Below, piece after piece: positions 25,844 to 39,488 of a stretch of 64,000 nucleotides of DNA (position 1 is the first letter of the stretch; each line of letters starts with the position of its first letter). The stretch is from Podospora anserina. Its lineage: Eukaryota. The notes below the pieces were generated by a model that was not told the origin of the DNA, ran no database searches, and saw only the letters and a program-made list of their open reading frames with translations. The DNA is taken from assembly GCA_017654855.1 (NCBI GenBank), contig CM030336.1:1302001-1366000 (forward strand), given 5' to 3'. The position numbers were made by a program, and so were the translations under genes.

Positions 25844-27469
25844 TTACTCAGCAGCCACAGACTTTCTCTTCTTCTTCTTCTTGGAAGGCTCTTCCGCCGC
25901 GTCAACCATATCGACGTCCTCGGCACCGACGCTCTTCCTCTTCTTGTCCTTCTTCTCTTTCTTGTCTTTCTTCTCCTTCTTGTCCTTCTTGTCCTTCTTA
26001 TCCTCCTTGGGAGCCATGTGGTCGACCTGCTCAGAGTCGATGTCCATGCCTCCCTCATCGTCGTCCATAACGGCCTTGATGGCCTTGTCCATGGCATCAA
26101 TGTTCTTCATTGGCTTGGTGCCCTTGGCGTACCACTCGAGGCGCTGCTCGATCTGGTCGCGCATCACCTCACCGAAACGGCGGGTTGGGTTCTCGCTGAA
26201 GTTATCGATACGGGAAGCGATCGAGCACTTGTTGGCAAGATAACGGGAGATGCGGCCCTTGACCTTGGGACCGGCCTTGCCAATGAAAGAACTTTGGTAA
26301 AGGAGACCGTACTTGGGAGTAGCGCCCTTGGTCTTGAGAGCGCGGAAAAGAGCCTTCTCGGCACCGAGAATCTGGAGGGTAGAGGCGGGGTACTTGGCGA
26401 GGTTGGTCAAGGAACCGGCGTGGGAGATAAGGCGGGCAGCAACGGGAGTGCCGAGGATGACCTGGAGGTTAGGAGCAACATCGCCCATCTTCTTGTCGAG
26501 GGACTCGGCGAGGATGCGTCTGTAGTCGGCCATCTCGGCCACGTTGGAGGCGAGGTCCTTGATCATGGCAAGATCAGTCTCGCTGATGTCCTGACCCATG
26601 GAGACCTTGGCGGCCTGGATAACGGCCTCGGCCTTGTCCTGGTCCTGGTTGAGAACGTTGGCGATCTCGTCAACGCTCTCGTCAGTGAGAGTCTTCTTGT
26701 TGCCAACGGCGATGACCATCTTGGCGTAGGTGCCGTTGTCGGAGACAATGCGGATAAGTTCGGGGAAATGCCAGCCATACCACTCTCTGACACGCATAGC
26801 GCCCTGGTTGATACCCTTGTCGAGCGCGTCGAGAGTCGCAATGCCCTGGATGATGTGGTTGTCGTTCTTGTGGACGCTGAACTTGACCTTGGCGCGGGAG
26901 TAGGCGTGACCGAGACCGAGCTGGGCACGGTTGATATCGCCCTCCTGGAGGCCCTTGAGGAGCTTACCAGCGTGGACACGGATGCCACGGAGGAGAGCAG
27001 CGACGACCTCGGAGGTCTCGGCGGATTCGCACTGGACACCGGTGAAGACAGAGGTGATCTCGCCTGCTAACCTCTTGTCGACGACGCCCAAAACAATCTT
27101 GCTCTTCTTTCCGCTGGTCTGGGGGAGGTTGAGTTCGAGGGTGTTCTTGAGGTGGTCGGGCATGATGCCTTCGGAAACGAGGTTGATGGCCTCCAAACCG
27201 TGGGCGGCAGAGCTGTTGGACTTGGTGGTTAGTGGGGGGAGAAACACTTGTTTTCGCAAGCGCGCGTCGCTCGGAGTGCTGGTAACTCGATAAACTCACG
27301 TCCATGGGTTGAAGCTGCGCAACTGGACCATCTTGCCAAACTTGTCGAGGCTGGTCATGGCCTCCTTCACCTCGGGGAGCTGCAGACCAACGCTGTCGGC
27401 CTGGTGCACGACCTCAAAGAGGGCAAAGCCGACGGCGCTCTCGAAGAGCAGATAATTGACGGCCACCAT
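25844..27469 (-). CDS. NOP56: Nucleolar protein 56 (box C/D snoRNP), 2 exons
   Basis: YLLFESAVGFALF, LGLGHAYSRAKVKF, DNHIIQ, REWYGWHFPEL, ASTLQILGAEKALF, KGRISRYLANKCSIASRID and a KKD/KKE tail. Confidence 0.97.
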
Positions 27470-28948
27470 TGTGACTATTGATTTCTCTGAAACTGTGGGA
27501 TGACGGGGGAAATGCGCTGGTGGCGGGAGTACCTTGCGCAATTGATCAATTCCACCAGTCCAAGTCGGCGTGTTGTCGATAGCGAGCTGGGATATTTTTT
27601 CTGAGCACTCTGAAGTTTTGAAATTTTTGCGGCAAGCTGTCGCGCACGAGCCATGCGGTGTGGGGTCGCGCCCGTCGCTGGTCTTGGCTTTTCAGCGCAT
27701 CTACTTTTGTGGAAGCCTTGAAAGTTAGGCATTATTTTTTTGGCCACTCTCCAAAACAACACTGCCAGCCGACAAAACAGCCACACAGCTGCCCCCTCCT
27801 CGGCGTCAACTCCACAGGGCTCATCAGCCGCCATCAACCAAGGAACCGTCGCATCCCATCACCTGTGCTACCCCAGATCGGATCCCCCGGACCGAAGTTG
27901 TCTCAGCCCTACGGCCTTGATTATCACCAGGAAGTCCATCATTTGCTGATCAAAACCATTTACCGCCCATCATTGATCATTGGTCCTTTTGCCGATATCT
28001 CTTTCCGTTCTCAAAGGCCCAAATGCGAGCTGCGTCGAGCCATAGCTGTGTGCATGCCTCCAGCCAACATGGCCATGGATGGATGGATGGATAAGCAAAT
28101 ATGCTGTGATATTCGTACCTACCGTATGATGCGAGGCGCGCTATCTGGTACACCGCATCCCGAGCTTTGGTGTTAATGTCTTTTTCGTCTTGGTCACGTT
28201 GGTCGTATGCACCTCGAGCTGACATTTCACATCTCGTCGCAACCTCACAAATCGACCATGCTTCATTCAGCGCGGACAACGGGATGCGACACAGCATACG
28301 GATAGCAGAACTTCCAGATGCCACAGCAGGTATTATTTCCAGTATACCGTCGTGTATCATGCACTGGACATCAGGAGACTGGGGGCACCCAAGTAGAGCC
28401 TATGGCTGACTACTCATCAGCACAGTAATGAAGGCAGGTCGTCAAGAGGCAGCCTGCAGGCACGGCACCACCACCACCAGCAAGGGGGTCCTGTAATTGG
28501 GGTCGATCTTCACAACGGTGTCTTCAACCAATCAGCACGTCAGCCACGGCCTCTACAGCCCCCAACACGATCCAGTTGTTCGGCGTCATTGTACACCCAA
28601 GCCCACTACGACGTGATAGGCAAGCGAGTCTGACCCCCAACAGTGTGCGCAGCTGCGACAAGCGGCCCTCTTCACCGACCCCCTTTTCAGCCCTGCGAGG
28701 ACACACTGCCCTCCTTCATATAATGGATGCATACATCATGGTTGCCTTGCCCGGGCCTGTGTACCTGGCAGTTTGACGGTGCTCTTTGTGTAAAGGTGTT
28801 GTCTTGCTCGGGGGCCAAGTGAAACCAGTCAACCAACTGGTCTTAAACCCCGGTAATTGAGAATCCCCGCCCTCGAGTCACACTCTCCGCGCTTTCGTTG
28901 TCAGCTCTCCGTGTTGAACTCAGCGCAGCACAGAACGAGGCAGACATC

Positions 28949-31900
28949 ATGGACTCCAATGAAGCCAGCCGAGAGGCACCCCAAGGATCCAGCACCGCTC
29001 TGGATGGAGTCTCTGGCATCGCCTTACCAAGACGAAGCGGCGCCATCAGACATGCCGCCGGTAGCCGGCCCATTCTTCCCACCTTGACACCTGGGGTGGG
29101 CAAAAACACCTTTGTGGCAACGCCCATTCAAGAAACGCCAGCCGATGACGACCCGAGCAGACACTCGTGGGTCTCGTTCGTTTCAGCCAGCACGGCCAGG
29201 TCCTCTGCAGTGCCAAGCATCTTTTCTCAAAGATTCTCGACCTTCTCGGCCTCTACTCGGCAGTCAATTCGTCAGTCCTCGATCGAGTCTCCCATCTCAG
29301 CCATCAGCCCTTCGTACAAGAGGCAGGACAGCATCAAGGAAGAAAACCCCTACTTCTGCACCTTCTGCAGTGATTCCTTTGCAACAAAGGAGGAGTGGAG
29401 GCTGCACGAAAATGACTACCATGACAAGCGTGAGGTGTACGCCTGCAGCACCTGTTCTGCAGTGTTTCGACGGGCCGTTTCGCTCTGGGACCACGAGAGT
29501 GACGTGCATGGAATTAAGCCCACAGATGAACTTCCCCAGCCAGCACGCTACTCTCCCTTACGAGCTGCCTGGGGTTGCGGCTTCTGCGCTGCCCTCTTCA
29601 GATCCCGTACCGACTACCTTGACCACGTTGGGAATCATTACGACGAGGGTTCTGAGCGGGTGCAATGGCAGCACTCCCTTGTCATCAAGGCTTTGCTTCA
29701 GCAACCAAAGGTAGAAGAAGCATGGGTTGCCTTGGTGGCAGAGGAGGAGATAGCACAAGGAGCAAAACTGCGCTTCATGTGGGACGAGGGCAACAGCGGC
29801 CGACTTCTCGATGCCGAAGAAGCTTCCACATTACAAGATGTCCTTGAGTTTTTCGGAAACAGTGCAATGATGGAAGCGGAGGAAGTTGCCCTCATGGCGT
29901 ATGACCTTGCCCAAAAGCGGGTGGAAAGAGATGTGAGCAGGGATGTGAGCAGCGTGCTGCCGCAGCGTTATGCTCGACAGGACCCAGATGAGATTACAGA
30001 GGTCAATGCTATCTCACAACCTGAATCGTCATCCGCTAGTCACCGAGAATTACCAAGCTCGGTAGACGACATGTCTCTGGCCATGTCATCCAACCTTGAC
30101 ATCCCCTTTTCTTCAAATCTGGCCAAATCAAGCTTCTCATCACTGATTGCGGACAAGATTGCTCGAGAGTCTTCGGCACCAATGCCATCAGCAACCGTTG
30201 GAGACAGCATTGCGAGACCCTCCTCAGTACCAGCTGTTCTTTCTAAAGCCCGCCCTGCTCCTAGCATCGCTCTTCGAAACGCAACAGCGCGAGGAAATCT
30301 TCGTCGCATTGATAGCGGCCTTCCAAGGGCACCTACGCCTCAGCCTGACCAGCGCCGAGGCAACACCCCACCACGCCCGAACCTGATTGCCAACAGAAAT
30401 GGCATAGCAGTAATGAACCCAACTCAAGATCCATCTACGACTAGTCACCTTCCCGCACATGTACTTGTTGCTCGAGCGAGCCCGCTATCCTCGATCCGCC
30501 CACACACAAGCTCCAGTACACTCTCAAGCCACGCAAAGGACAACGCCAAGTGGCTAGATGACAGCACGAGCGAGACAGTGTCGGAAGACAGCGTGTCGGA
30601 CACTGACTCTTGGTTGGAACATGACGGTTTGTCTGCAGCAGCAAAGACATGGAAGTCGACCTTCAACCAAACAGTAGAGCTTGGCATGGGAGCACTTTGG
30701 ACGCGCTATAATCATGACTGGAACGCTCTTATTGTGCAGTGTGTGGGCGAGGCAGGAAGAAGTAGCAGCTCCCCGCACTACCGCGACACGACGAGGAGGG
30801 TTCGAAAGGGGGCCTCTTCCAGGCAAAACAAGAACCTGCGGCCTGGCGGGCGCTATCCAATCGATGATGAGGACGAGGACGATGACGACGGTGAGGGGCA
30901 GCGGCCTGGTTCATCGCTGTCTAAGCGAAGTTCTTTATCCACAAAAAGATTTGCATGCCCCTTCCGTAAGCATGATCCACACAAGTACAGCCTTCAGGAA
31001 CATGAAGTGTGCGCCGTCAGATCATGGGGAACCATCTCCAGACTCAAGTAGGTGGCTCTGGTCTCGAGACGGTGAGCAAAGGCTAACAAACCCTATCCAG
31101 AGAGCATCTTTATCGCCGTCACTACAAGATCCACTGCCAACGATGCAAGCAAATGTTTGGGGATTTCAAAGAATTGCAGGGCCATGAAATGTCACCACAG
31201 GGGTGTGAGCTCGTTCCCGGTCCGCCGCCTTGCGATATTTCAACTCTCCAAGAAAAGCAACTGAAATCACGAAAACACAATGCCCGGCGAAAGACAGACG
31301 AGGAGAAGTGGGTAGAGATATACCAGCTTCTATTCCCTAACGAGGAAATACCATCGTCGCCATGTGAGTGCATCCATCAGGATCCAACACTCGCCTAAAG
31401 GGAGGTTAGATCGCTGATTTTGATGCCAGATCCCGAAGTCGCCGAAGATATGGGCCCAATATCATCCGAGGCCCAATCCAGCATGCACTTTCAGCACTTT
31501 CTTCTCCGCACCTTGCCGAGCCTTTTTACGCAGACTGCGGAGGCGCAGTTTCAGCGACCGATTGCGCCACACGAAGCACTGAGGATGGACAGTATACCGA
31601 AAATCATTGAAGGGGCGCTTCAGAAGGCTTTCCTGGAATGGGAAGCCAGGGGCAATAATATTGTCTCTGCGGACCGTTCAGCTGTTTCAATGAGCTTTAT
31701 ACCCGAGATCGTGCCTGAGATGGTACCTCTGAATATTCCATACAGCTATGCGCCCGCGTCGACCTACCAGACACCCCCAATGTCAGCCGCTCCCAGCGCC
31801 GACCATAGCTTCCTCTCTGGGAATCTCGGGGGCATGGGTGGATTCACCCCAGACACAAACGATGACGACTCTGGGTTCGTGGACAATAGTTTCCAGTTCC

Positions 31901-32061
31901 AGCCAGGGCCACCAGCCACCTATGCTGGGTTTGTGCCTCAGTATGATACTAGTAGCGACTGGCAGACAGGCCTTGGGCTGATGAACGTCGGTGATACCGA
32001 CATGGGGTTTGGGAATAATATGAACGTGGGCGGTCACTATCCTGGGTTTTCACAGGGTTAA
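28949..32061 (+). CDS. C2H2 zinc-finger protein, 3 exons
   Basis: YFCTFC..H..H, YACSTC..H..H, AWGCGFC..HVGNH, then FACPFRKHDP..C..LKEHLYRRH..HCQRC and KWVEIYQLLFP. Introns near 31048-31100 and 31364-31428. Confidence 0.85.
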
Positions 32062-32360
32062 GTCTTGGACGGGTCGACTTATGTTACTGCCGTTGTAGAG
32101 AATCTAGCGCAAGCATTCTTTTACCCACCTCCCTACCTACCTCAAGAGTGATTTTACACCAGTTGACCAATCGAATCGCACTGATAAGCACCGCATTTGC
32201 TATACCCCTAACCCTCTTTTGGAACGAAACATCTGGCAGCAATCGACTCGGCCACCAATACACGGACTGACCTGACCATTCAAGCAAAAACGCCACATCA
32301 CAACGACGATTAAATGAAGCACATCTTCTCTTCAACACCATCAAAACCTTCTCAGCAACC

Positions 32361-34313
32361 ATGTCTCGCAAGCTCAAGTCAAGTCTTTCCGTGGCAGTCA
32401 AAGGCTGGTCAGTGGAAAGATACCAGATCTGCGGGTAAGAAACCCGCACAGTCGCAAGAATCGCGCCACTAATTCAATCAAACAGTGATCAACAACACAG
32501 TCTCAGCCGAGGTCGCCACGGTGTGCTTCGTGTACAAGACAAGCCGAGCAATGATTTCCGCATCTACCGACCAACAGCGACTGCGGGGCTGCAAATCAAG
32601 TGTCGGGTGATATCACCGGGATTCCTTAACGCGATTATTTACTCCAAGGATGCGAGAGAACCGGGCAGCAGCAAGAGACCTTTTACCACCAATGCCAAGA
32701 GAGCGCACCAAGTAGATGGGGAGCTAGACGAGCAAGCTGGCCCGACTCTCTTGCCCGAGCAACAAGATGTCGTCAACCATGCAGTTGCCGGTCACAACAT
32801 CTTCTTCACGGGGCCTGCAGGCTGCGGCAAGTCAACCGTCCTGCGTGAGGTGCGCAAACGTCTCGAAGAAGAGAGGATGACGGTCTGTGTCATGGCACCG
32901 ACAGGGATCGTGGCTCTCGCTATCCGTGGTACGACAACCTGGTCTTTTGCTGGCTGGACACCAAATTCCACCAGAATACCCCTGGAAGATCTCCCCCCCA
33001 AGGATTCCAAGGATTCCATGACTTTGAAACGGCTTTTGAAAGTAAATGTCATCATAATTGATGAGATTAGCATGATAGAAAACAACTTCTTCGAAAGGCT
33101 CGACTTCCTGCTGAGGCACATACAAAGCAGGGACTCCGGCCGGCGGGCCAAACCATTTGGTGGCATTCAAGTCATCATCACTGGCGACTTCTGTCAACTT
33201 CCTCCCATCAAGCCCTTCCAGCACTGCTTCAACTGTGGAAGAGAACTTCGGAAACCGAAAGAGGGGATAGACTCAACCGTTGACAAGCCACTTAGCACTC
33301 GAATTTGCGTACCTTGCAATCTAACCTTCAAGGACGAGGATAAGTTTGCCTTCAGTAGCGCCGCCTGGAGTCACTGCAACTTTGTGAATATTCACCTTAA
33401 AGCCATTCATCGTCAGAAAGATCCAGCCTTCATCTCCCTCCTCCAGAAATGCCGACTCGGAATTCCGTTCTCCAACCACGACATCACGGCCCTCACCCGC
33501 CCCAAACCGACTCTTTCTCAAGACAATGCCGTCAAACTCTTCCCAGTCCGCGCCGACGTCTGGGAGACCAACCACAAGGCCTTCGAAGAACTTGAAACCC
33601 CGCCCATCATCTTTAAATGTCACGACGGTTTTGCCGGGAGCTGGGAACACTCCCTCGAATACGGCAAGCGCCTCGATGACGGCACCCTCCAATTTCTCGA
33701 TCAGCACCGTTTCGACCGCAAGCTCAGATTGAAAAAAGGTATGCGAGTCCTCCTCCTCGCCAGCTTGGACTCAGACCTTCGTAATGGCTCCCAAGGGACA
33801 CTTGTCGGCTATGAACCTTTTCGCAGTTGGACGAAGCTCCCCACCTGGAACACTGGCGCTATTAGGGGAGAGCACGCTGAAGTTAGAGAGAAACTGGTTA
33901 GGGAATTTGCGTCGATGCACAAGAGCAAATTAAAGCAGGGCGGTTTCGGCTGGCCCATTGTCGCATTTGACAACGGGGTGACTAAAACTATATACCCTGA
34001 GTGTGACATCCACGTGGTCGGGTATGAGAGCCCGTACTCCACAGTCTCCCGCACACAGATACCCTTGACGGCGGGGTATGCGCTCACTATCCACAAGGCA
34101 CAGGGCATGACACTGGACAAAGTAATTGTGGACGTTTCGAAGGTGTTTGTGGACAAGCAAATCTACGTCGCGCTTTCTAGGGCCAGATCGCTGGATGGGC
34201 TGCAGGTGATAGGGTTGACTAGAGAAAGTGTGGGCTTCGACGATGGCGAGGATTCAGAGAAGGTCAGGAAGTTTTTAAGGGACAGTTTTGGGGATGAAGT
34301 GGTGACATACTGA
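32361..34313 (+). CDS. PIF1-family 5'-3' DNA helicase (paralog type); 5' structure uncertain
   Basis: FFTGPAGCGKS, APTGIVA, IIDEISM, PFGGIQVIITGDFCQLPP, HRQKD, NGSQG, RTQIPL..YALTIHKAQGMTL, YVALSRA. Main ORF is 32523-34313; the ATG at 32361 plus an intron is tentative. Confidence 0.88.
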
Positions 34314-34867
34314 CTGGGCAGTTGGTGTAAATGTGATGGAGTTTGAGCAGGTACCGAGCAATGTACCTGAAGTGTAGAGTACATGTCGGTTTAGATGTTG
34401 TGGAAATTCGACAAGATATCACAGTATCTACGAAAGTGTGGTCTGAGTGGGATAGCTCCGACAGTGTCAGGTGTCAAGATTATAAAGTGTCTCGTTATTT
34501 ACAAGAAGATACAGATTGCAGTGAACTCCAATGGACGTAATGTTCGAGAATCTGCGATGAAAAAGATGACATAACCTGGGTACCTATAACAGAGTATAGG
34601 TAGACTGGACTCCATCAACCGGTCATCAAATGCTCATCAATTATCTTCGTCATCAAAGGCAAGCAAGCTTTCAGTGTTATTCTAACAATGGTATGATTCA
34701 AGGCCGAGAAATATGATGCAACAAATAAGCTAGGCGCAACTCGAAGATATTGGCAAGAAAGATTAAGCTGCGCATTCTTATGAACCTAAACGAAAGCGAG
34801 CGACAACAGCCCATTTTCTTTCCCTCTTTTCTTCTTGGCAGCCTCAACAAAGAAGACAGTCAGCCAC

Positions 34868-36073
34868 TCAGGCACCAACACCAGGGAGAGCGGCAAGCCC
34901 TATTGTCACTCCAGTCAGCACACATTCACACTTCAACATCATCGTCAACCAGGGCCAAACTCACAGCTGTCATAATCCTCCTTCGCGTTCGGCTTGACGG
35001 CGCACCGTCTAGCGTTGTCCAAGCTCTGCGTCCTCAAGTTGGCGCAGCTGGCGCCGAAGCAGCCAGAGGTGTCCATCGCCCTCTGCAAGCTGTCGTCCTT
35101 CCAGCCAAAGACGTAATCGGCGTGCTGGCCGAGACCGGTAGGGTCGCCGGTGGAGAGGACGAAGGGCTGGGAGCCGTCGGCGGGCCAGTCGGCGCGGTTG
35201 GCGAACTTGGAGGTGTCCCAGAAGACCTCGTACATGAGCTGGGGGATGCGGACGGGGTGGGAGGCGGGGCAGTTGCCGCCGAGGGAGAGGAAGTCGGCTG
35301 GGCCGGAGGTGGGGTAGGCTACGTGGTCTTGGTGGTTGGGGGTGTCACTGAGGAGATGTTAGATGCGTTCAATATGGTTGTGAAGACAAAGGGACATACA
35401 GGTTCTTGCCATCCCAGCAGGTGGGGAAGTGGATGTTGGAGCGGATGCCACCGGGGCAGGGCTTGGTGGGGAAAGCCTCGGTGTCATAGTTGTTGTCCAT
35501 GCAAGGAGCACCAACATCACCCTGGTGGTTGGGGCCGGAGTAGCATCTGAAGCAGTTTTGACGACGGAGCTTCTGGTCGGGGCGGGAGCGGACGTTGGGG
35601 TCACCGACGAGCATGCGGAAGCCGGGTTTGAAGGCCGTGATGCGGCCGGGCTGGGCCGAAACGTAGTAGATCAAAATACCGCCGTTGATCTGGGTTGAGA
35701 ACCTGTCGTTGAACTGCAATGGGGCAGAGAACTGGGGGACACGCTTGTAGGACCCGTTGCGGGCCTTGAAGTAGAGGTTGGCGGTCCAGTAGTTGGAGAA
35801 ATCGTCCGCGAAGGAGCACGTTGTGCAGGTGGAGTGCTGGGCGATATCGTCGGTGGGCATGGTGGCGTTGAAGGCGTTACCACCAATAATTTGGTGGATG
35901 TGAGGCGAGGGGATCTGGCCGGGGTTGACAAGGGGGTCGATGCGGTCGATGACGAGCTGGGTGCAGCCGAATCGAAGCATGGTCAGACCGCCAGGGCCAC
36001 CGAACTGGGGGTTGGGGCTGGCCTTGGGGGCCGCCTCGGCCAGAGCCGCAAGGAAGAGCGACGTCCAAAGCAT
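34868..36073 (-). CDS. Secreted DUF1996-family protein, 3 exons
   Basis: Signal peptide MLWTSLFLAALAEA, then LRFGC..LVIDRIDPLVNPG..SPHIHQIIGGNAF, CTTCSFADDFSNYW, FPTCWDGKNL, HADYVFGW. Confidence 0.92.
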
Positions 36074-39000
36074 CTTTGTTTTTCTCCTTGGTCTTGATCT
36101 GTGTCTGACAACAGCAGCCTTCGCTGGGAACGATGGGAAAGAGGTGGTGACTGTGGAACAGTTGCTGAACCAGAACTTCAACCAGGGACGATGATGATGG
36201 TCGTTCGGGGGATTACGTTTATATCTCTTTTCTTGGGCTTTCTTTGGAGCCGCCAAAACGTGGTATTCTCCATTTCTTCCAAGATTGTTCCATTCGGAAG
36301 CAACTGCCGTCGTACCAAACGGACTGGGTGAAATGCCGAGCACATGGCAGCCATCTGGCCGCCAGTACGGGGTCGATATTGAAGGCGACAATATCCAAAT
36401 AGATTTGGCGGGTGATAGAAACCTTTTCGGCGGCAATCCTCCCTTGATCGCGTTGCGTGTGGGGTCAATAAACAAGGTACCCCTTTTAGTGATGGTTTTG
36501 GCATCTGACCAATTGGAGGGTGCGGAACCGACGTCATCCAGGGTGGTCTCCCCTGATCAGGCTGAGTATGCGGCAGATTTGTGATAGGACAGCCAGTTCA
36601 TATACAAGGAGCGTCTATACAATGACTGGGCAGGCAAGTTCTAGGAGTTGCCACATTGGGCAAAGAGAGACAGGTCTCGATGCAAAAGAGTGGGAAGGCC
36701 AAGAGGCCGAAACATGACAGGAGCTGGGGTAAATAGATGAAAGCCATGTGGTATGTCACACACAGACCTTGACTTCGGCGGCTGTGATGCCCACGTTGCC
36801 ACTGCGGCAACGGGCACACATGAGTAGCGAGGACGACAGAGGTTTGTGGTTGGAAGGATAAATTCTACCGTCCAGCGAAACGCTACAGCAAAACGTGGCA
36901 TCCCATCGGGCGGCCCGAAAAGAAGAGGAGGGATCAACCTGGGTAGATGGGAAGGTGAAAAAGGTGGGAAGCATTGGTTTGATGTGATGCTATGCTGGAT
37001 GTGGGATACCGGGTCCAGCGAGTTGGGCGGTTGAATGGGTCCCGGTGGCTTTTTCTGTTGTCCGTTTATTGTGTAGCACACACACATTTATCTAGTGTAA
37101 ACTGAACCAAATGATCTTCAGACTCTGATCTTGATCGTAAGAGGGATGCCGAGATCGCTGTGGTCAGTGTATGGTCAACAATCTCTGCCAGCCTGGTTTC
37201 AGCCCGCTCATATTAATGTTGGGCCGCTGTCTGCCAAGTGTTTTGCTTTCTGACACGCCAGCGGCAGTCGTGAATAGCAGGCATCAAGAAATCTAGAATG
37301 TTCGTCTCGGCCCAACATTGCTCAAATATATTGCCGTCGAGACCTTCACGTGAGCTCAGAAGGCGTTGATCCAGTCGATTTGTCAGGAGACGCCAACTCT
37401 GGTGGTCTTTAGCGTGGTGTTGACATCATCCGTGCTCTTCGAATTGAACACCTGAGAGGTGTTGGAGAGACTGATGTTGACTCTAGAGTCTTCCAAGACG
37501 GCCTGACTGCCACCCGAGCATGAGCACGAGAGCGCGCAGATGTCCTCGCAATGTATTTTCGGCTGTCTTTTCCGAGTGTTCTCCTTCGTGACCTCGCTTC
37601 AAGAGAAACCGAACCTTTCCCTGCAAAGCAAAGCAGCTGGTCGCTCAACCTGGTCACCATTTCGTGCTTGCTTGCATCGCTAGCCGTTGACGAGGCCCTT
37701 GGTGTTTTGTATCTCTTGCCGAACTCCGGTTTCGAGGCTGCCATCCTTTCACCTGTCTCCCAGTCTTTGGTCCTGTGAATATTCGCGCCCTCGATCTCTA
37801 TGACTCTGTTAGTCCAAGGCCAAAACTGCGAGATGACCAACGGACAAAGCTCAAGGTAAGGTTGGGCAGCCCCTTCGCCTAATGGGTTTCACCATTCCTG
37901 CCATGAAAATTTGATACCCATAAAGACTTTGTCACTGATCCAAAATCCCAACATCAGCCTTCACCTCTCCGTCAGAAGACCACTTAACTCACATACCAAA
38001 CACTCCACGTGTTCACGCCCTTTTCCTTCCATTCGTACTCCAGGTCGAAAAACCGTTGTGTACAGTCACATTTGGGTTATGGATGTGCGAAAACCCAGAA
38101 GACATATTGCTTAATATGTTCAAGTCGTAATGCCAAACCGGGACAAGTGGTCCAGTGCAACCCCTCACCTCACCCTCGGAAGAAGACCACTCGTGATCAT
38201 CAAACGTGGTAACCGTTGTCTTGGCGACAACCCTAACCTTTCTCCTGGCTCGCCCCTTTTCACCCCCTGAGTGCCCAGGCCTCGGACTTGAACTCGGAGG
38301 CGCTGTTGCAAATTGGGAAAGCATGCAGTTTTGCTGGTTGAGTTTGAGCCTTAACAATTGCCTTACCGTCAGCCTCTCTGCAGTCGTGATACAAGCCGCA
38401 TTCATGGTTGCATTCAGCAAGGCTGCGCCTCAATGAGATGTGATGAGGGGGAGAGGCCGCCGGGGTTGGACCGGATAAATGCACGGGCTATTCCGCGCCA
38501 TTCGAGATCAACGTCTATGCCAGGATTGAGTTGGGCGCATAACCTGTGATATTATTCACGATTTGTGAAACATAATTCTGGAAGTTGTCGAGTCTCTGCG
38601 TCAGACAGGGCAATAACAAGCTGCTGGTTATCATCATGGGGCATCTTTCCACCATTGTATGCTCAGTTTCCCCTCACTTACCTATTTTAGTGACTTCTGA
38701 TCATGCTTACATTCCCACAGGGGCAGACCATCCAAGATGTCACAGGCAAATTTATGATGTTGATCGTGGGTGCAACCGGTAGGGCTTTACTCAGTGAAAT
38801 CAATCTCTCAACCCCTTTACTAAGACTACCGCAAAGCGGCAAGCCGAGCCTCTCACGCCGACGGTGTTGACTGTGTACCGTACGACCCCAATGGTCCACC
38901 ACCAAAGAAGGGGGCCGTGAAAGATGTTCAAGTTGCGGAGGAACATATCGGATCAAATGGCAAGGCTAAAGTCAAATGGTACGAGTAGTAGTAGATCTTA

Positions 39001-39146
39001 ATTCCAGCTAACAATGATAATAACATGAAGCTTCATGAAAAGAGTGTCTGAAATAGTTGGCAAAAGAAGAAAGTTTTCCATCCTCCTCCTCCACCCACCT
39101 CAGCCATTCCAAAATCCAATACCTTCCCGCCGCTCATGATCCCAAT

Positions 39147-39488
39147 CTAGCACCGCACCTGCGTAACAAAAGCCCCATTGTAATTCACCTGCCTGTTGGG
39201 AACAATAGCAGCGCCCACAGCAGTATTCCCGTTGAAAGCCTGGCAACGGGCGTTACTCGGTCCGCTGACGATAAGGGCCGAGAAGAGGGGGCCATTGCGG
39301 TTGAAGACGCCGCCTCCGGCGCGGATTTCGCGCTGGATAAAGGTGGTTTGGCGCTCGATCTCGAACTGGACCCGGACGACGGATTGGCGGGTTTCGAGGG
39401 CAGGCTCAACCTCGGCCGCTGGGGCGGGAGCGGGAGCCGCGGTAGCGAGGGTGATGAGGAGGGTGGTGAGGAGGTTTTTGAGCTGCAT
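39147..39488 (-). CDS. Small secreted protein (113 aa, 2 Cys, propeptide)
   Basis: Signal peptide MQLKNLLTTLLITLATA, pro-region APAPAPAAEVEPALETR, then a Q-initial mature domain ending in Cys. A TATATAA lies about 120 nt upstream. Confidence 0.8.
   Translation of the reverse strand: MQLKNLLTTLLITLATAAPAPAPAAEVEPALETRQSVVRVQFEIERQTTFIQREIRAGGGVFNRNGPLFSALIVSGPSNARCQAFNGNTAVGAAIVPNRQVNYNGAFVTQVRC

Noticed and set aside
25535..27070. 511-aa + strand ORF
   Set aside because: Antisense shadow of the codon-biased NOP56 gene, with no motifs of its own.
32523..34313. Helitron interpretation of the PIF1 gene
   Set aside because: No HUH Rep domain and no terminal hairpin/CTRR end found.
37150..38950. 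Fragmentary ORFs, possible relic
   Set aside because: No consistent frame or motif.
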